NCBI GenBank assembly: GCA_963663965.2
Contig: CAXXFK010000007.1
Location: 139,517-203,516, forward strand
Source: Sedimentisphaerales bacterium
GTDB taxonomy: Bacteria; Planctomycetota; Phycisphaerae; Sedimentisphaerales; SM23-30
Direction: 5' to 3'
Length of the DNA stretch: 64,000 nt
Part shown: piece after piece, positions 21,072 through 31,470 of the stretch
How the letters are laid out: each line of letters starts with the position of its first letter
Position numbering within the stretch: the first letter of the stretch is position 1
Position numbers and translations under genes: made by a program
The notes under the pieces: generated by a model
What the model was told of the DNA's origin: nothing
Database searches by the model: none
Seen by the model: only the letters and a program-made list of their open reading frames with translations

Positions 21072-21506
21072 ATTGGGTTCGTTTGGAATCGGCGATGGGT
21101 TTTGATCAAGGCCGACAGGGGCAACGCCTTTGAGTGTTCAGGCGTGATAGAGAAGGAACACCTCTGAATCTGACAGAGTCCATTTGTTGGATTGACAGGA
21201 ATTTTTTTGTAAACGCTTCTCGAAAAAGCGTGGTATCTATTTGTTAGTTAATATGTTATGATCTGTTAAATTTTAATTGGCTTCGTTTCGCGCGGGCAGG
21301 TAAGAATGGCCCTGATACCTTATAATTGTGATTGCGGGTGGTCAATTGGGTTCGTTTTCAAGGGAGATAGTCGCCTTACAAATTAATGGGAGGCCCAGAA
21401 TTGTGCAGTTTATTAAATTTTCAAAGAGCTTTTCGGATGAAATTAGTTTTGGGGAAACCACGGGTTAACCAATATTTATTATAGCAGGATGTTAATTATA
21501 AGTCAA
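21072..21506 (-). ncRNA. Candidate non-coding transcription unit, copy 1
   Basis: Minus strand: TTGACT-N17-TATAAT (21506-21478), boxA-like GCTCTTTGAAA (21429-21419), GGGCCTCCCA (21396-21387), ACGAA(C/G)CCAAT at 21355, 21286 and 21082. No ORF of 60 aa or more. Confidence 0.5.
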
Positions 21507-21738
21507 ATATATGTTATTGTTTAGTGTGAATATTATTAGATTTGATTTGAGTATGTATAACAGAGGAGAATATCCTCTCAAGTATTTATCTGATTTGAAC
21601 TTATGTCATGTATGTTTAACCTTTCTCATAATTATTGTACGATTGTATTGTCGTACGATAAATTGGTTAATGAATGTTAAAGGCTAGAAAATCAGACCTC
21701 TTAATGCTCTGAATAAATTTTTGTGGTTGAAAATATTT

Positions 21739-23910
21739 TCAGGGTAGAGCCGGTTGGATGTGGCAGGCTATATCGGTGTTGAAGGGGGGGATAGGGGTGG
21801 AATTATTATTGCCGGGCAGGGTAAATTTGCCGGACGATGTGGGCTGTCCTGATTGGGTGTTCCACCATTGGATCTGGTAAGCGCCGGGAGGTAGGGTTGG
21901 GAGGGATAGTTGATAGTTGGTGAGCGTTGGTGGTGTTTGTTTATCGGTAACGGCGTGGCACCAGGCGGATTGGGTGTGGTAGAACCAGAGCCAGGCGCGG
22001 TTGTTATCGGCCAGGCCGATGGGGATGATCTGGCCGGCAGGGGAGTTGTCGGGTGAGAGTACCCGGGCGTTTATGGATTGAAGATGTATGGAGTTCCATG
22101 GGATGTTTTGGGTAAAGTCGGCCAGCGACTGGTAAAGGGGGTAATGATTGAGAGGGTCGACGCGGTCCCACCACCAGTAAAGTGCGGTGGCTGAGGAGCC
22201 GGAGAGCGCAGAGGCCCAGAGGGTGTGATGGAAATCGGCCAGGCTGGCGCTTTGTTTGAGTTCGTCGTTAAGGCGCCACTGGTTGTCGGCCAGGCCGAAT
22301 TCGCCCAGAAACGAAGGGCGGTCGGGTGTCTGGCGGTGTAGGCGATCATAGCATTGCAGGTAAGCTTCGGCTTCATCTCGGTATTTTGAGTAATCAGCGG
22401 GCCGGTAATAATAATGTTCCTGCGCGAAATCCAGCCAGGGCGATTGCCAGTCGCGGGGACAGGAACTCCAGGTGCTGGTGGTGCGGAGATGGCGATAAGG
22501 ATCAATCTGATCGAGATAGCGGGCCAGTTCTTGATAAAAGCGGGTGGTTGGTTTGCCGGGATCGATTTCATTGAAATATTCCCAGGCGGCCAGACTGGTG
22601 GCATAGCCCCAGCGAGCCACGGCATAGCGCAGGGTTTTTCGAGCGGCATTGATGGCGCTTTGATATGGTGTTGATGATTCATCAGAGAGGTTTTTCATGT
22701 AGAGATCACGGGTAAGAAGTGTGAGCTGGATTTTAATATTATTTTTGCGGGCAGCCTCAATTACCTGATCGAGATAGAAGCAGTCAGGTTGATTGTAAGT
22801 TCCGAGCACAGGCCGGTTAGGACTGGCTTCCCATAACAATTCAGGGCCGCCACCGGCCTCGGTCAGAGAAATGGCATCGATCCAGGCCGTGCCGGGCTGG
22901 TCAAGTTGCAGAGAGGGATTGTCCAGCCAGTAGGTAGTAGGTAAGGTCTGGAAGGATATTTGCCAATCTGCCCAGGTATCAGGTGGGCTTTGGATGGGTT
23001 GGGCGAGAGACTGGCCGGAACAATGGACTTGAAAGCGGGCTCCGGATTGGGTGAGTACTTTGCCGCTGAGGATGTAGCGGGTGGATGGTCGCAAGGCGAT
23101 GGGATGCGAGGGATTGAGGTTGAGTGATTTTCCGGCGGGTCCAGATAGTTTGATCAATAAATGATCCGGGCGGTCGGGCAGAGAGTCGAAGGGCGGATTC
23201 CAGTTCCAGGATCGGCCGAAGGCGCTTTTACGGGCTTCGATCCCCAGGGCCCAGTCATCACAGCCGGACCAGATGCGGACATAATTGGCGCCATGACGGG
23301 CGAGTTGGGCCAGGGTGCCTTCGGCGCGCAGCAGGGTTAGATACTGGGTTTCACCAATAAACGCCAGGTTCTGACCAATGGGGAAGAACGGTTTGCCATT
23401 GGAAGTGATAAAAGAACGGGGGTTGGTTGGGCAGACTCGCAGAAAACCGGGATCGTTGGAAGGCAGGCATTCGAAGCTGACCGGTCCGGAAAGTTGTTTG
23501 CCGTGGAGGTCGCAGAGGATAGCCCGGGCCTGATATTGGCCGGGAATGGAAGGGGCAAAACGGGCCAGCCAGATTGGCGGGCCGGAGGGGCAGATCCAGG
23601 TTTGGGGTCGGTTATTGTTTTTTAGCGTCTTGCGCTCGTAAGGTTGATAATAAAAAGCAGGCAGGCTCAGGGAATAGTTCTGTGGATCAGTCAGTTCGAT
23701 GGTCAGGTTGACTTCGTTGGGATCGAAAGGATTATGATATTGGGTGGTCAGGTTAATATTGAATTCGATTTTGTCGTAGCAGGCAACTCGAGTGGCGTCT
23801 GACGAGAGTACAAGCGGGTCATTCTGTCCGGCAAAGAGGGCGGTGGAGACAATAACCAGGAAGATTGTGGTACAAGAAGAGATTCTGTGAGAAAAACCAT
23901 GAGTGTTCAC
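21739..23910 (-). CDS. Secreted clan GH-A (GH5-like) glycoside hydrolase with DUF5060-like N-domain and an inserted CBM-like domain
   Basis: Signal peptide; NPFDP...WLARFAP, FFPIGQN, RYAVARWG...WEYFNE (acid/base), LGEFG (nucleophile). Confidence 0.78.
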   Translation of the reverse strand: MNTHGFSHRISSCTTIFLVIVSTALFAGQNDPLVLSSDATRVACYDKIEFNINLTTQYHNPFDPNEVNLTIELTDPQNYSLSLPAFYYQPYERKTLKNNNRPQTWICPSGPPIWLARFAPSIPGQYQARAILCDLHGKQLSGPVSFECLPSNDPGFLRVCPTNPRSFITSNGKPFFPIGQNLAFIGETQYLTLLRAEGTLAQLARHGANYVRIWSGCDDWALGIEARKSAFGRSWNWNPPFDSLPDRPDHLLIKLSGPAGKSLNLNPSHPIALRPSTRYILSGKVLTQSGARFQVHCSGQSLAQPIQSPPDTWADWQISFQTLPTTYWLDNPSLQLDQPGTAWIDAISLTEAGGGPELLWEASPNRPVLGTYNQPDCFYLDQVIEAARKNNIKIQLTLLTRDLYMKNLSDESSTPYQSAINAARKTLRYAVARWGYATSLAAWEYFNEIDPGKPTTRFYQELARYLDQIDPYRHLRTTSTWSSCPRDWQSPWLDFAQEHYYYRPADYSKYRDEAEAYLQCYDRLHRQTPDRPSFLGEFGLADNQWRLNDELKQSASLADFHHTLWASALSGSSATALYWWWDRVDPLNHYPLYQSLADFTQNIPWNSIHLQSINARVLSPDNSPAGQIIPIGLADNNRAWLWFYHTQSAWCHAVTDKQTPPTLTNYQLSLPTLPPGAYQIQWWNTQSGQPTSSGKFTLPGNNNSTPIPPFNTDIACHIQPALP

Positions 23911-24191
23911 GTGTTAGATTTCCTGCGTTGCGCGGGCCTTTGTATTAGCCGAGAAATACCTGTAATCATTTATGTATCAATGGATATTATTGTGCCATTA
24001 AATCCGAATCACAGACAGTTTGTTTTTCTTCCGGAAAATGTAACAAAAAAATGAATATCATCAAATATAACGGATTCTATGCCCAATCGGTATAAAAATT
24101 CCTGGTCACCCGAAATTTAACTTATTACTCGTCAAATATTTATATCCCGGCGTAACGGGAAAATTCAATTGTAAAGGGCATAATTGTGTTA

Positions 24192-24220
24192 TTGACAGGG
24201 GAAGAGGTGAACTATAAAAT
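24192..24220 (+). promoter_or_regulatory. Putative sigma70 promoter
   Basis: TTGACA-N17-TAAAAT upstream of the 24329 gene. Confidence 0.65.
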
Positions 24221-24328
24221 TCTGTTTATTGTTGGTAATCATGGGAAATCGGATGACGCGTTGGCAATCTGCCCGCTTCCCATGGCAATATCGATTATGT
24301 TCTTTTAATCTATGAGTGAGGAAAAGTT

Positions 24329-24853
24329 ATGGCAAAATGCGATTTCTGCGGCACTACGATTTTATTTGGAGGCAAAAAAGAAGGGGCCTATCGATTTTGC
24401 GGCGACAAATGTCTGGCCAAAGGGTATGCCGTTCAGGTCGGCAATCAGATCCCACCAGACATTGTCGATGAACATACCCGGGCGTTACATGGCGGTGATT
24501 GTCCCAAGTGTTCCAGGCCGGGTCCGGTTGATATCCAAACTTCTCATACAGTCTGGTCCGCATTGTTATTGACATCATGGAAAAGTCATCCGGAGATCTG
24601 CTGCCGGTCATGTGGTGTGAAAAAGAAGCTGGGCGGTTTGTTTTTTTCATTGTTTTTCGGCTGGTGGGGATTCCCGTGGGGGATCATTATTACACCGGTC
24701 CAGGTACTCCGCAATTTCTTCGGGCTGTTTTCCGGTCCGGATCCCTATACGCCGTCGAAAGCGTTGGAGAAGATCGTCAGAACGAACCTGGCTTATGCCG
24801 CTTTGCAGGAACAGGAATCGAACCCGACTGATGATGTAGTAACATTTCAGTAG
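24329..24853 (+). CDS. Cys-rich (zinc-finger) membrane protein, unknown function
   Basis: CDFC...FCGDKC, CPKC, CCRSC, then hydrophobic FFGWWGFPWGII; RBS GAGGA. Confidence 0.75.
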   Translation: MAKCDFCGTTILFGGKKEGAYRFCGDKCLAKGYAVQVGNQIPPDIVDEHTRALHGGDCPKCSRPGPVDIQTSHTVWSALLLTSWKSHPEICCRSCGVKKKLGGLFFSLFFGWWGFPWGIIITPVQVLRNFFGLFSGPDPYTPSKALEKIVRTNLAYAALQEQESNPTDDVVTFQ

Positions 24854-24921
24854 TTTACAGCACATAACTCAAACAAGCCATCGGGCTGATCGATAAAAAA
24901 CTTATCAAGCGGCCGACAGCC

Positions 24922-27264
24922 CTATTCCGAGGTTATCGGAGGCGCGGAGGTTCGGTATTTTTCGATGAATTCGTCGATCAGATCCTGATCCGGGCCGAGG
25001 CGGATCGAGTCATTGGGATCGTCCAAAGGGATTTCTTCTAATGAGTTGGGATCTTCGATCCATTGGCCGTCTTCGAGGTAGCGGCTGGCGAGGAGGCGAT
25101 CGTTCTGATAGACCTCTACTGTGATGAGTTTGCCCTCTTCATACCATTTCCATTCGCCGTCGTAAAGACCCATGTTCCAGCGGCCTTCGCAGGTGATCTG
25201 GCCGTCGAGGTCGTAGCAGACATCACGGCCGTGGTACCAGCGGGCGTCGTCGGAGAGTTCGATTTCGTTTTCCAGGCTGGACAGGTACCAGGTTTTTTCC
25301 ACAGGGCGTTCGCGGCCGGTGTCATCGGTTTCCAGCACGATTGCGGTACGGTAGCCACCATTGTGATGCCAGTTCTGCGTATGGCCGATCAGTCCGAATC
25401 CACCGAGCAAAGCAAAAGCCCAGCCTGCCAAGTACAGCGTAAGCAGGCCTATGGTGGCTGCGATGCCGGGAGGGCGCAGATGGACCTTTTCCCAGATGGC
25501 CAGGACCCGCGTTGCCAGATCACGGGGCTGGATGTGGGATTTGCTGTGGTTAAAGATACCGGTGAGGATGTCGGCCAGGCAATCATCGGGGATGTCCAAA
25601 TCTTTGAGGTTGACGGGGGGCGTTAAGCGATCGGCGGTTTTTAGTTTTTGGCGGAGTTCCCGGGCGATACAGGCCTGACGCCAGGTGACGCCGGCCCCGG
25701 CGATATTGACAAATCCCAGGAAGCCGAATAAGAATGATTGCAAATGCCAGGCGAGAAAGAAAAACAGCAGGCCGTTGAGGACAGTGAGAAGCCATTCGAG
25801 ATGGCGGCTACGGCTGAAGAGTACCTCCTGCATGAAGCGGCCGCCATCCAGCGGCAGGAAGGGCAACAGATTGAGGGTGTTAATCAGTAGAAAGACCATT
25901 GCCCCCTCTCGATAAAGGATATTGTCGGTGCGATAAGCGGCGAAGATGAGTCCCAGTGCGATGAGGATACCGGGGACAGGGCCCAGCAGGGAGACGAGGG
26001 CTTTTTTATAACTGGGCGCAAAATGGGAGCGGCCGGATACGGCAGCGCCCATCATTGGCAGAAAGAACATTTTGATATCCTGATAACCGAAAACTTTCAT
26101 GCCGAAGTAATGGCCCAGTTCGTGAATGAATACGACCACAGTCAGCCAGAGAATGTAGTCGAGGCCCCAGTTGAACCAGCCAAGCTGGAAGAAAATAATG
26201 AGTGAAATGGCCAGAATGATCAGAGTTTTGATGGGATTCTGTTTGGGGACTTTCAGGACTTCGATCTGTTCCCGGACAGATTGGATGTATTCCGGGTTCA
26301 TGCCCTCAACTTGAAACGTGGGCGAGCCGGGTGTGGAAGAGGGGGAATCTGCCGGATCGATCAGTTCGGCGGCGGCATAGTCATCATTGGCCGTGTCGAC
26401 ACTGGCCTGGGATTCATTTTGGGTTTGAGTGCGAGCAATAGCATCGTCATCCCAGTGGCCGCGTTCGAGCTGGACCTGGCGAACAACTTCGAAAATTTTG
26501 CTGAATTCTCCGCGCAGGGGCTGGCCGAGCATGCGTTCGAATTCGCGTTGGCCAATCAAATAGCCCCGGTGTTTTACTTCGGCCTTGCGTAACTGGTTAG
26601 ACCGATTTTGACTGGCTTGCATACTGGGGAAATCAGAGCGGGGGATCGGGTGTATAGTGGGGTTTTGATTGATAATTTCGGATAATCTCTGACAATGGGC
26701 CTGAAATAAAGATTGGGCCGATGTCTGGCCGGGCAGACGCTGGACCTGTAATTTAGAATCCCACTGAAAGGCATTGGCCTTGAGAGGAAGCGCGTTGGTT
26801 AAAAGAAAACTGCCGTCGGAAAACTCGGTTTCAAACTCGATGGCACGTTGTTCAGACACCAGGCCGGCTTTTTGCTGTAATGCCGTTTTGCCTCTTGGCC
26901 TGATATGATAAATAATACAATGAATGGTATGATCCGGGCTGGTAAGGCAGCGCACAAAAGTGCGCAGATCGGGATAAATTTCAGACAATGTTTCATCTTC
27001 AAAATCTGTTAAAAAGGCAAGGCCCAACTGCTCCGCTTCTCGCTGCGCGGAGCGGTAAAAATCCAGATCAAGATCGGGCATTTCACGATCGCCATCGACC
27101 TGGACCAGTTGATGGGGCTCGAGGAATGCCCCTTCCATTTCGGAGACCATTTTTTCGGCGATTTTGCGGCGGCGGCTTCCGGCGGTGATCTGGCGGTAGA
27201 TCAGGTAGATAACGACAACAACGACGACGAAAACGATGGGGTTTTCACCTTTTAACCAATCCAT
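24922..27264 (-). CDS. Site-2 (M50) intramembrane metalloprotease with large N- and C-terminal extensions
   Basis: HELGH and NLLPFLPLDGG motifs; N-terminal TM plus soluble domain; C-terminal MORN/YwqK-like repeats (EGRWNMGLYDGEWKWY). Confidence 0.85.
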   Translation of the reverse strand: MDWLKGENPIVFVVVVVVIYLIYRQITAGSRRRKIAEKMVSEMEGAFLEPHQLVQVDGDREMPDLDLDFYRSAQREAEQLGLAFLTDFEDETLSEIYPDLRTFVRCLTSPDHTIHCIIYHIRPRGKTALQQKAGLVSEQRAIEFETEFSDGSFLLTNALPLKANAFQWDSKLQVQRLPGQTSAQSLFQAHCQRLSEIINQNPTIHPIPRSDFPSMQASQNRSNQLRKAEVKHRGYLIGQREFERMLGQPLRGEFSKIFEVVRQVQLERGHWDDDAIARTQTQNESQASVDTANDDYAAAELIDPADSPSSTPGSPTFQVEGMNPEYIQSVREQIEVLKVPKQNPIKTLIILAISLIIFFQLGWFNWGLDYILWLTVVVFIHELGHYFGMKVFGYQDIKMFFLPMMGAAVSGRSHFAPSYKKALVSLLGPVPGILIALGLIFAAYRTDNILYREGAMVFLLINTLNLLPFLPLDGGRFMQEVLFSRSRHLEWLLTVLNGLLFFFLAWHLQSFLFGFLGFVNIAGAGVTWRQACIARELRQKLKTADRLTPPVNLKDLDIPDDCLADILTGIFNHSKSHIQPRDLATRVLAIWEKVHLRPPGIAATIGLLTLYLAGWAFALLGGFGLIGHTQNWHHNGGYRTAIVLETDDTGRERPVEKTWYLSSLENEIELSDDARWYHGRDVCYDLDGQITCEGRWNMGLYDGEWKWYEEGKLITVEVYQNDRLLASRYLEDGQWIEDPNSLEEIPLDDPNDSIRLGPDQDLIDEFIEKYRTSAPPITSE

Positions 27265-27476
27265 AGCAATACTCCTTAAGCCGGTCTCTTATTCTGGTTG
27301 AATGGTTATGGATGTTATTGTAGCAGCGAGCGGATCGGAAAGCAAAGGAATAATGATGGATGTATACCCAATGGGTGTGAAAATTCCAGATTGCCCGCAA
27401 GATAAGTTTTTACTCGTGTAGAATTTATATCGCAGTCCAGCGGGCATTTTCGATTGTAAGCAGTATAATGGCAGAA

Positions 27477-28571
27477 TCAGGGTGATGGTTCGATGGGTTT
27501 TTCGTGGCCGCAATGTTGGCAGTGGGGCAGGAGGGCGTGGCGAATCTTGTGGCAGGCGGGGCATTCTTCGTAGATGGGGGAACCGCAGGTGGGGCAGGTG
27601 TAGGGTTCATCTGGCGGCTGAGCCGAGCCGGGCGGGAGGTTTTTGTGGATAGTGCGGCGTTTCCAGAAGAGGAATCGGCGCGGGCCGGTGCGAATGGGGT
27701 ATTCGCAGACCGGGCAGAGAAAATGCTGGTAGGCTTCGCGGTATTGACGGATGAGCCATTGCGCCCGGGGGAAGGCAACCACCCGGATAAAGTAAATGAG
27801 GATGCGGCCAACGACCAGCAGGAGTGCGACGATCAGGATATATTTGAAATACTGGGCGGGGAAATAGCGGTGCATGACCAGGACAACGCGGACGAGGGTG
27901 GCCAGGCCGCAGCCCAGGATGAGCGGGAAGTAAATACTGGCGCGCTGTTTGATATAGAGCCAGGCGCCGATGGCGAGCAGGGGGACCAGGATGGCCATCT
28001 GAATGCCAGCGAGAATGAGGCGATGACGGCGATCCAGGCGGTTGTATTCATTGAACGCCGGCTCTTTCTGATCGGCGACTTGTCTGTTGATAGTGGTGAG
28101 TGTTTCGTCGAGCTGGCGGCGTTCTTCGGTGAGTTGAGCGATGTCGGCGTTGAGGGCCTGGAACTGGCGCTGATGATCCAGGAACTGCTGTAAGCTGGCG
28201 GAGATATTTTCCTGTTCGGTATCGGGAATTTCGATGGATTTCTGGACGCGGAGCTTCTGTAATTCGATGAGCTGGTTCATGGTCTCTTGCAGGTTGCGTG
28301 AGCCGGCAGCCAGGATTTCCAGTTCGCCGCGCTTGTTTTTAATATTGCGGTCGGTTGCTGCGATGGCGGCTTGCAGGTTGTCGCGTTGACGGATCAGATT
28401 GCTGTCAACATATTTCGTTTCGATATCAGTGAGCTGTGGTCCCTGGATGGTTTCGATATCTCTGACGATAAAACCAAGCACCCAGTAAAACAGAACCGCG
28501 AGTATGCAGGTGAAGAACCAGATCGAGAAACGATGGATCCAGGGGCCACGGGGTTTGTTTTGAGTGGTCAT
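27477..28571 (-). CDS. Membrane protein with coiled-coil loop and C-terminal zinc ribbons
   Basis: TM, long heptad-rich segment, 3 TMs, then CPVC, CPTC, CPAC, CQHC. Confidence 0.8.
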   Translation of the reverse strand: MTTQNKPRGPWIHRFSIWFFTCILAVLFYWVLGFIVRDIETIQGPQLTDIETKYVDSNLIRQRDNLQAAIAATDRNIKNKRGELEILAAGSRNLQETMNQLIELQKLRVQKSIEIPDTEQENISASLQQFLDHQRQFQALNADIAQLTEERRQLDETLTTINRQVADQKEPAFNEYNRLDRRHRLILAGIQMAILVPLLAIGAWLYIKQRASIYFPLILGCGLATLVRVVLVMHRYFPAQYFKYILIVALLLVVGRILIYFIRVVAFPRAQWLIRQYREAYQHFLCPVCEYPIRTGPRRFLFWKRRTIHKNLPPGSAQPPDEPYTCPTCGSPIYEECPACHKIRHALLPHCQHCGHEKPIEPSP

Positions 28572-28707
28572 GGGCCGGCTCCTTGGTAAAAATCAAATTA
28601 AAAAATGTATGCCAGTTGTTTACAGTTATCTGATTATACGACCTTAAGAAGAGATAAGGCTATGAGAAAATAACATTGACGTTAAAGTGAATTTTGTCTG
28701 TACAGAC

Positions 28708-29001
28708 TCAAGGTGTTGAAAGAGAGAGGTCCGACAGGAGGGCTCCCGAGTAACTTATCATATAAAAGGTGTTTAGAAATATCATATTGAACAACGTTAA
28801 CCAGAGGCGATCGAATTGTTTATTTCGAACGATCCTGATAATATGGCTGATCAGGATAATATTGAATCCCATTAAGAACAGGTGCATGATGATCGATACC
28901 GGACCCGGGATGGAAAAGGGCCGTAAGATACACAAAATTGTGATTATGGGTAGCAACCATAGCTCAGAATAGAAATTGTGATCTGACAGTTGTTTTTTCA
29001 T
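28708..29001 (-). CDS. Small hydrophobic hypothetical protein
   Basis: 97-aa ORF starting 6 nt after the recQ stop, about 3 TM helices, AT-rich. Confidence 0.5.
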   Translation of the reverse strand: MKKQLSDHNFYSELWLLPIITILCILRPFSIPGPVSIIMHLFLMGFNIILISHIIRIVRNKQFDRLWLTLFNMIFLNTFYMISYSGALLSDLSLSTP

Positions 29002-29007
29002 TTTCTA

Positions 29008-30843
29008 TTAAAAATCAACATCCATGGCGAGTTTGTGTTTACGACAGTAATCGATGATTTGATCGACGAACTCGCGGCCGTACTGATCGAGTTTTTTCTG
29101 GCCGACGCCGTTGATTTCGAGGAAATTGGCGAGGGTGGAGGGGCGGCGGCGGGCCATATCGCGGAGGGCGGCGTCGCCGAAGATGAGATAGGCCGGGAGA
29201 TGGCGGTCCATGGAGATGGTCTGGCGGAGCAGGCGGAGCTCTTCGAACAGGCGCTGGTCGACACCCTTCCAGGAGTCCTGGGCGAGTCGTGGTTTTTTCT
29301 TTTGAGTTCTGGCCTGTTTGCGGTCGGGCGGCATGAGCAGGCGCGGGGTGTGTTGGCCCTTGAGAACCTGGTAACCCTGCTCGGTTATGGTGAGGGTATT
29401 GAATTCGCCGGTTTTGACCAGGCAGCCTTGCGAGGCGAGTTGTTCGATCCAGGTTCGGACGGCGTGTTTGGGCTGCTGGGCGAGCAGGCCCCAGGTGCTG
29501 AGTTCATCGTGCCGGGCGCTGAGGATGCGCTGGTCTTTGGAGCCGGCGAGGACGGCGGCGGTATAGTCGCCGCCGAAACGCTGTTCGAGCCGCCAGACGC
29601 AGGAGATGATTTTCTGGGCGACGACCAGCGAGTCGGGCATGGCGGTGAAGTCGCCGATACAGATATCGCAGGCGGCACAGTTGGGTTTGTCGAGCTGCTG
29701 ACCGAAGTAATGGAGCAGGGCTTGATGGCGGCAGGTGAGACCGGCGCAGTAGTTGTACATGTCGTTGAGTTTTTGCCGGGCGATATTGGCGGGTTCAGGA
29801 TCGAGGTCCTGCATGAGGAATTTCCAGATATTGAAGTCGTTGCCGCCGTAGAGCAGGCAGCATTCGGCTTCAAGCCCATCCCGGCCGGCCCGACCGGATT
29901 CCTGCTGATAGTGTTCGATGGATTTGGGCATACCGGTGTGGATGACGTAGCGGACGTTGGGCTTGTCGATGCCCATGCCGAACGCAACGGTGGCGACGAC
30001 GATTTTGGCGCGATCGTTGATGAAGTCATCCTGATTGCGGCGGCGGTCAGGGTCGTCCATGCCGGCGTGATAGGGCAGGGCACGATGGCCGCGGGTTTGA
30101 AGGTTGGCACACATTTCATCCACATCCCGGCGGCGGATGCAGTAGATGATGCCGGATTCGTTGGGATAGCGCTGGATGATGGCTTCGACCTGGCGGTTGA
30201 GATCGCGGCGGGATTCGGTTTTGTAGAGCAGGTTGGGCCGGTCAAACGAACCGACCAGGATTTCGGGATTATTGAGTTTGAGTCGTTCGACGATATCGGA
30301 ACGGACCTGTTCGGTGGCGGTGGCGGTGTAGGCGTGGATCCCGACGTTGGGGAAGCTGGTTTTGAGTCGGTCGAGCTGGCGGTATTCGGGGCGGAAGTCG
30401 TGGCCCCACATGCTGATGCAATGGGCCTCGTCGATGGCGATCATGGAGAGCGGCAACTGGCCGAGAAACTGGATGAACCAGTCGGAGACGAGGCGTTCGG
30501 GAGACATATAGAGGATTTTGATTTCGTGGTTGGCGGCGCGCCGGATTATTTCGCGATTGAGGTCGCCGGACTGGCTGCTGTCGATACGGGCGGCGGAGAT
30601 ACCGCATTCGATGAGGGAGTCGACCTGGTCTTTCATCAGGGAGATCAAGGGCGATACTACTACGGCCAATCCATCCAGCGCCATGGCCGGGGCCTGAAAG
30701 CAGAGCGATTTGCCCCCGCCGGTGGGCAACACCACCAGCGAATCACGGCGCCCGGCGGCGGCGAGCATGGCCGCCTGCTGCATGGGTCGGAAACTGTCGT
30801 AACCCCAGTAGCGTTTGAGGATGGTTTTGAGGGTGTCCAGCAT
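29008..30843 (-). CDS. recQ: ATP-dependent DNA helicase RecQ
   Basis: PTGGGKSLCFQ, DEAHCISMWGHDFRPEY, TVAFGMGIDKP, QESGRAGRDG, Zn-binding/RQC and HRDC domains. Confidence 0.97.
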   Translation of the reverse strand: MLDTLKTILKRYWGYDSFRPMQQAAMLAAAGRRDSLVVLPTGGGKSLCFQAPAMALDGLAVVVSPLISLMKDQVDSLIECGISAARIDSSQSGDLNREIIRRAANHEIKILYMSPERLVSDWFIQFLGQLPLSMIAIDEAHCISMWGHDFRPEYRQLDRLKTSFPNVGIHAYTATATEQVRSDIVERLKLNNPEILVGSFDRPNLLYKTESRRDLNRQVEAIIQRYPNESGIIYCIRRRDVDEMCANLQTRGHRALPYHAGMDDPDRRRNQDDFINDRAKIVVATVAFGMGIDKPNVRYVIHTGMPKSIEHYQQESGRAGRDGLEAECCLLYGGNDFNIWKFLMQDLDPEPANIARQKLNDMYNYCAGLTCRHQALLHYFGQQLDKPNCAACDICIGDFTAMPDSLVVAQKIISCVWRLEQRFGGDYTAAVLAGSKDQRILSARHDELSTWGLLAQQPKHAVRTWIEQLASQGCLVKTGEFNTLTITEQGYQVLKGQHTPRLLMPPDRKQARTQKKKPRLAQDSWKGVDQRLFEELRLLRQTISMDRHLPAYLIFGDAALRDMARRRPSTLANFLEINGVGQKKLDQYGREFVDQIIDYCRKHKLAMDVDF

Positions 30844-30946
30844 TGTGGGGTATTATCGGGGAAATGGATGGAGAAGTCAAATTATGTGTGGAATCATTGA
30901 GGGCCGTGCATTGATATGCCTGTTGAACGGGATTAAGAGGTAGCCA

Positions 30947-31339
30947 TTATATTTTTTCAATTTTCGGGACGTTGCCGATGAATCTGACCTGGGAATTGGG
31001 TTGAAGCGGGACGCGCTGATCGAGGGTATCGGGCTGGTAGTTGTCGATGAGGACGTAGAAGTCGTTGTTGAGGAAGCAATTGATGGTGTTTCTGATTTCC
31101 GCTTTCCATTCGTCTTTGGTGGGGCGGCCGGAGGCTGAAGGGGATTTGTGTTCGGCATCAGGAGTGGCGTCGCCGGATTGGTTCGACTGGAGAAGATGTT
31201 TCATCATGCGGTTTTCTAAATCCTGAAAGTGCCGTATTCGGATCAGATCACGTACGGTAGTTCTTTTGGAATCGAGATCCAGAACGGTTTCGTGGATGAG
31301 CTGGCCGGAGGCGGTTTCGTCACGGATGGTTATGGGCAT
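30947..31339 (-). CDS. Ubiquitin-like (beta-grasp-like) small protein lacking the C-terminal Gly-Gly
   Basis: Aligns along its length with 35102-35500 (ITIRDETASGQ / TVRDLIR / FLNNDFYVLID.YQPDTLD / SQVRF) but ends NVPKIEKI. Confidence 0.75.
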   Translation of the reverse strand: MPITIRDETASGQLIHETVLDLDSKRTTVRDLIRIRHFQDLENRMMKHLLQSNQSGDATPDAEHKSPSASGRPTKDEWKAEIRNTINCFLNNDFYVLIDNYQPDTLDQRVPLQPNSQVRFIGNVPKIEKI

Positions 31340-31470
31340 TGGGTCCTCTTTTCGGTTTTATTGTTTCGAGCGGCGCTTGCGATGCACGGAACGGTTGTTT
31401 AGACATATACGGTTTCATTGCCATGAAGGTGGTCTAAAATCGCATAACGGGTCGATATCTATCTGATTCT

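Noticed and set aside
21072..21355. Possible CRISPR array from the ACGAA(C/G)CCAAT repeats
   Set aside because: Repeats are only 11-14 nt, few and unevenly spaced, and no cas genes are present; reported as a different kind of element.
24240..24284. CATGGGAA...TTCCCATG hairpin in the 5' UTR of the zinc-finger gene
   Set aside because: A single stem with no riboswitch consensus that I recognise.
28990..30900. 636-aa plus-strand ORF
   Set aside because: Antisense shadow of recQ in a GC-rich region; no recognisable motifs.
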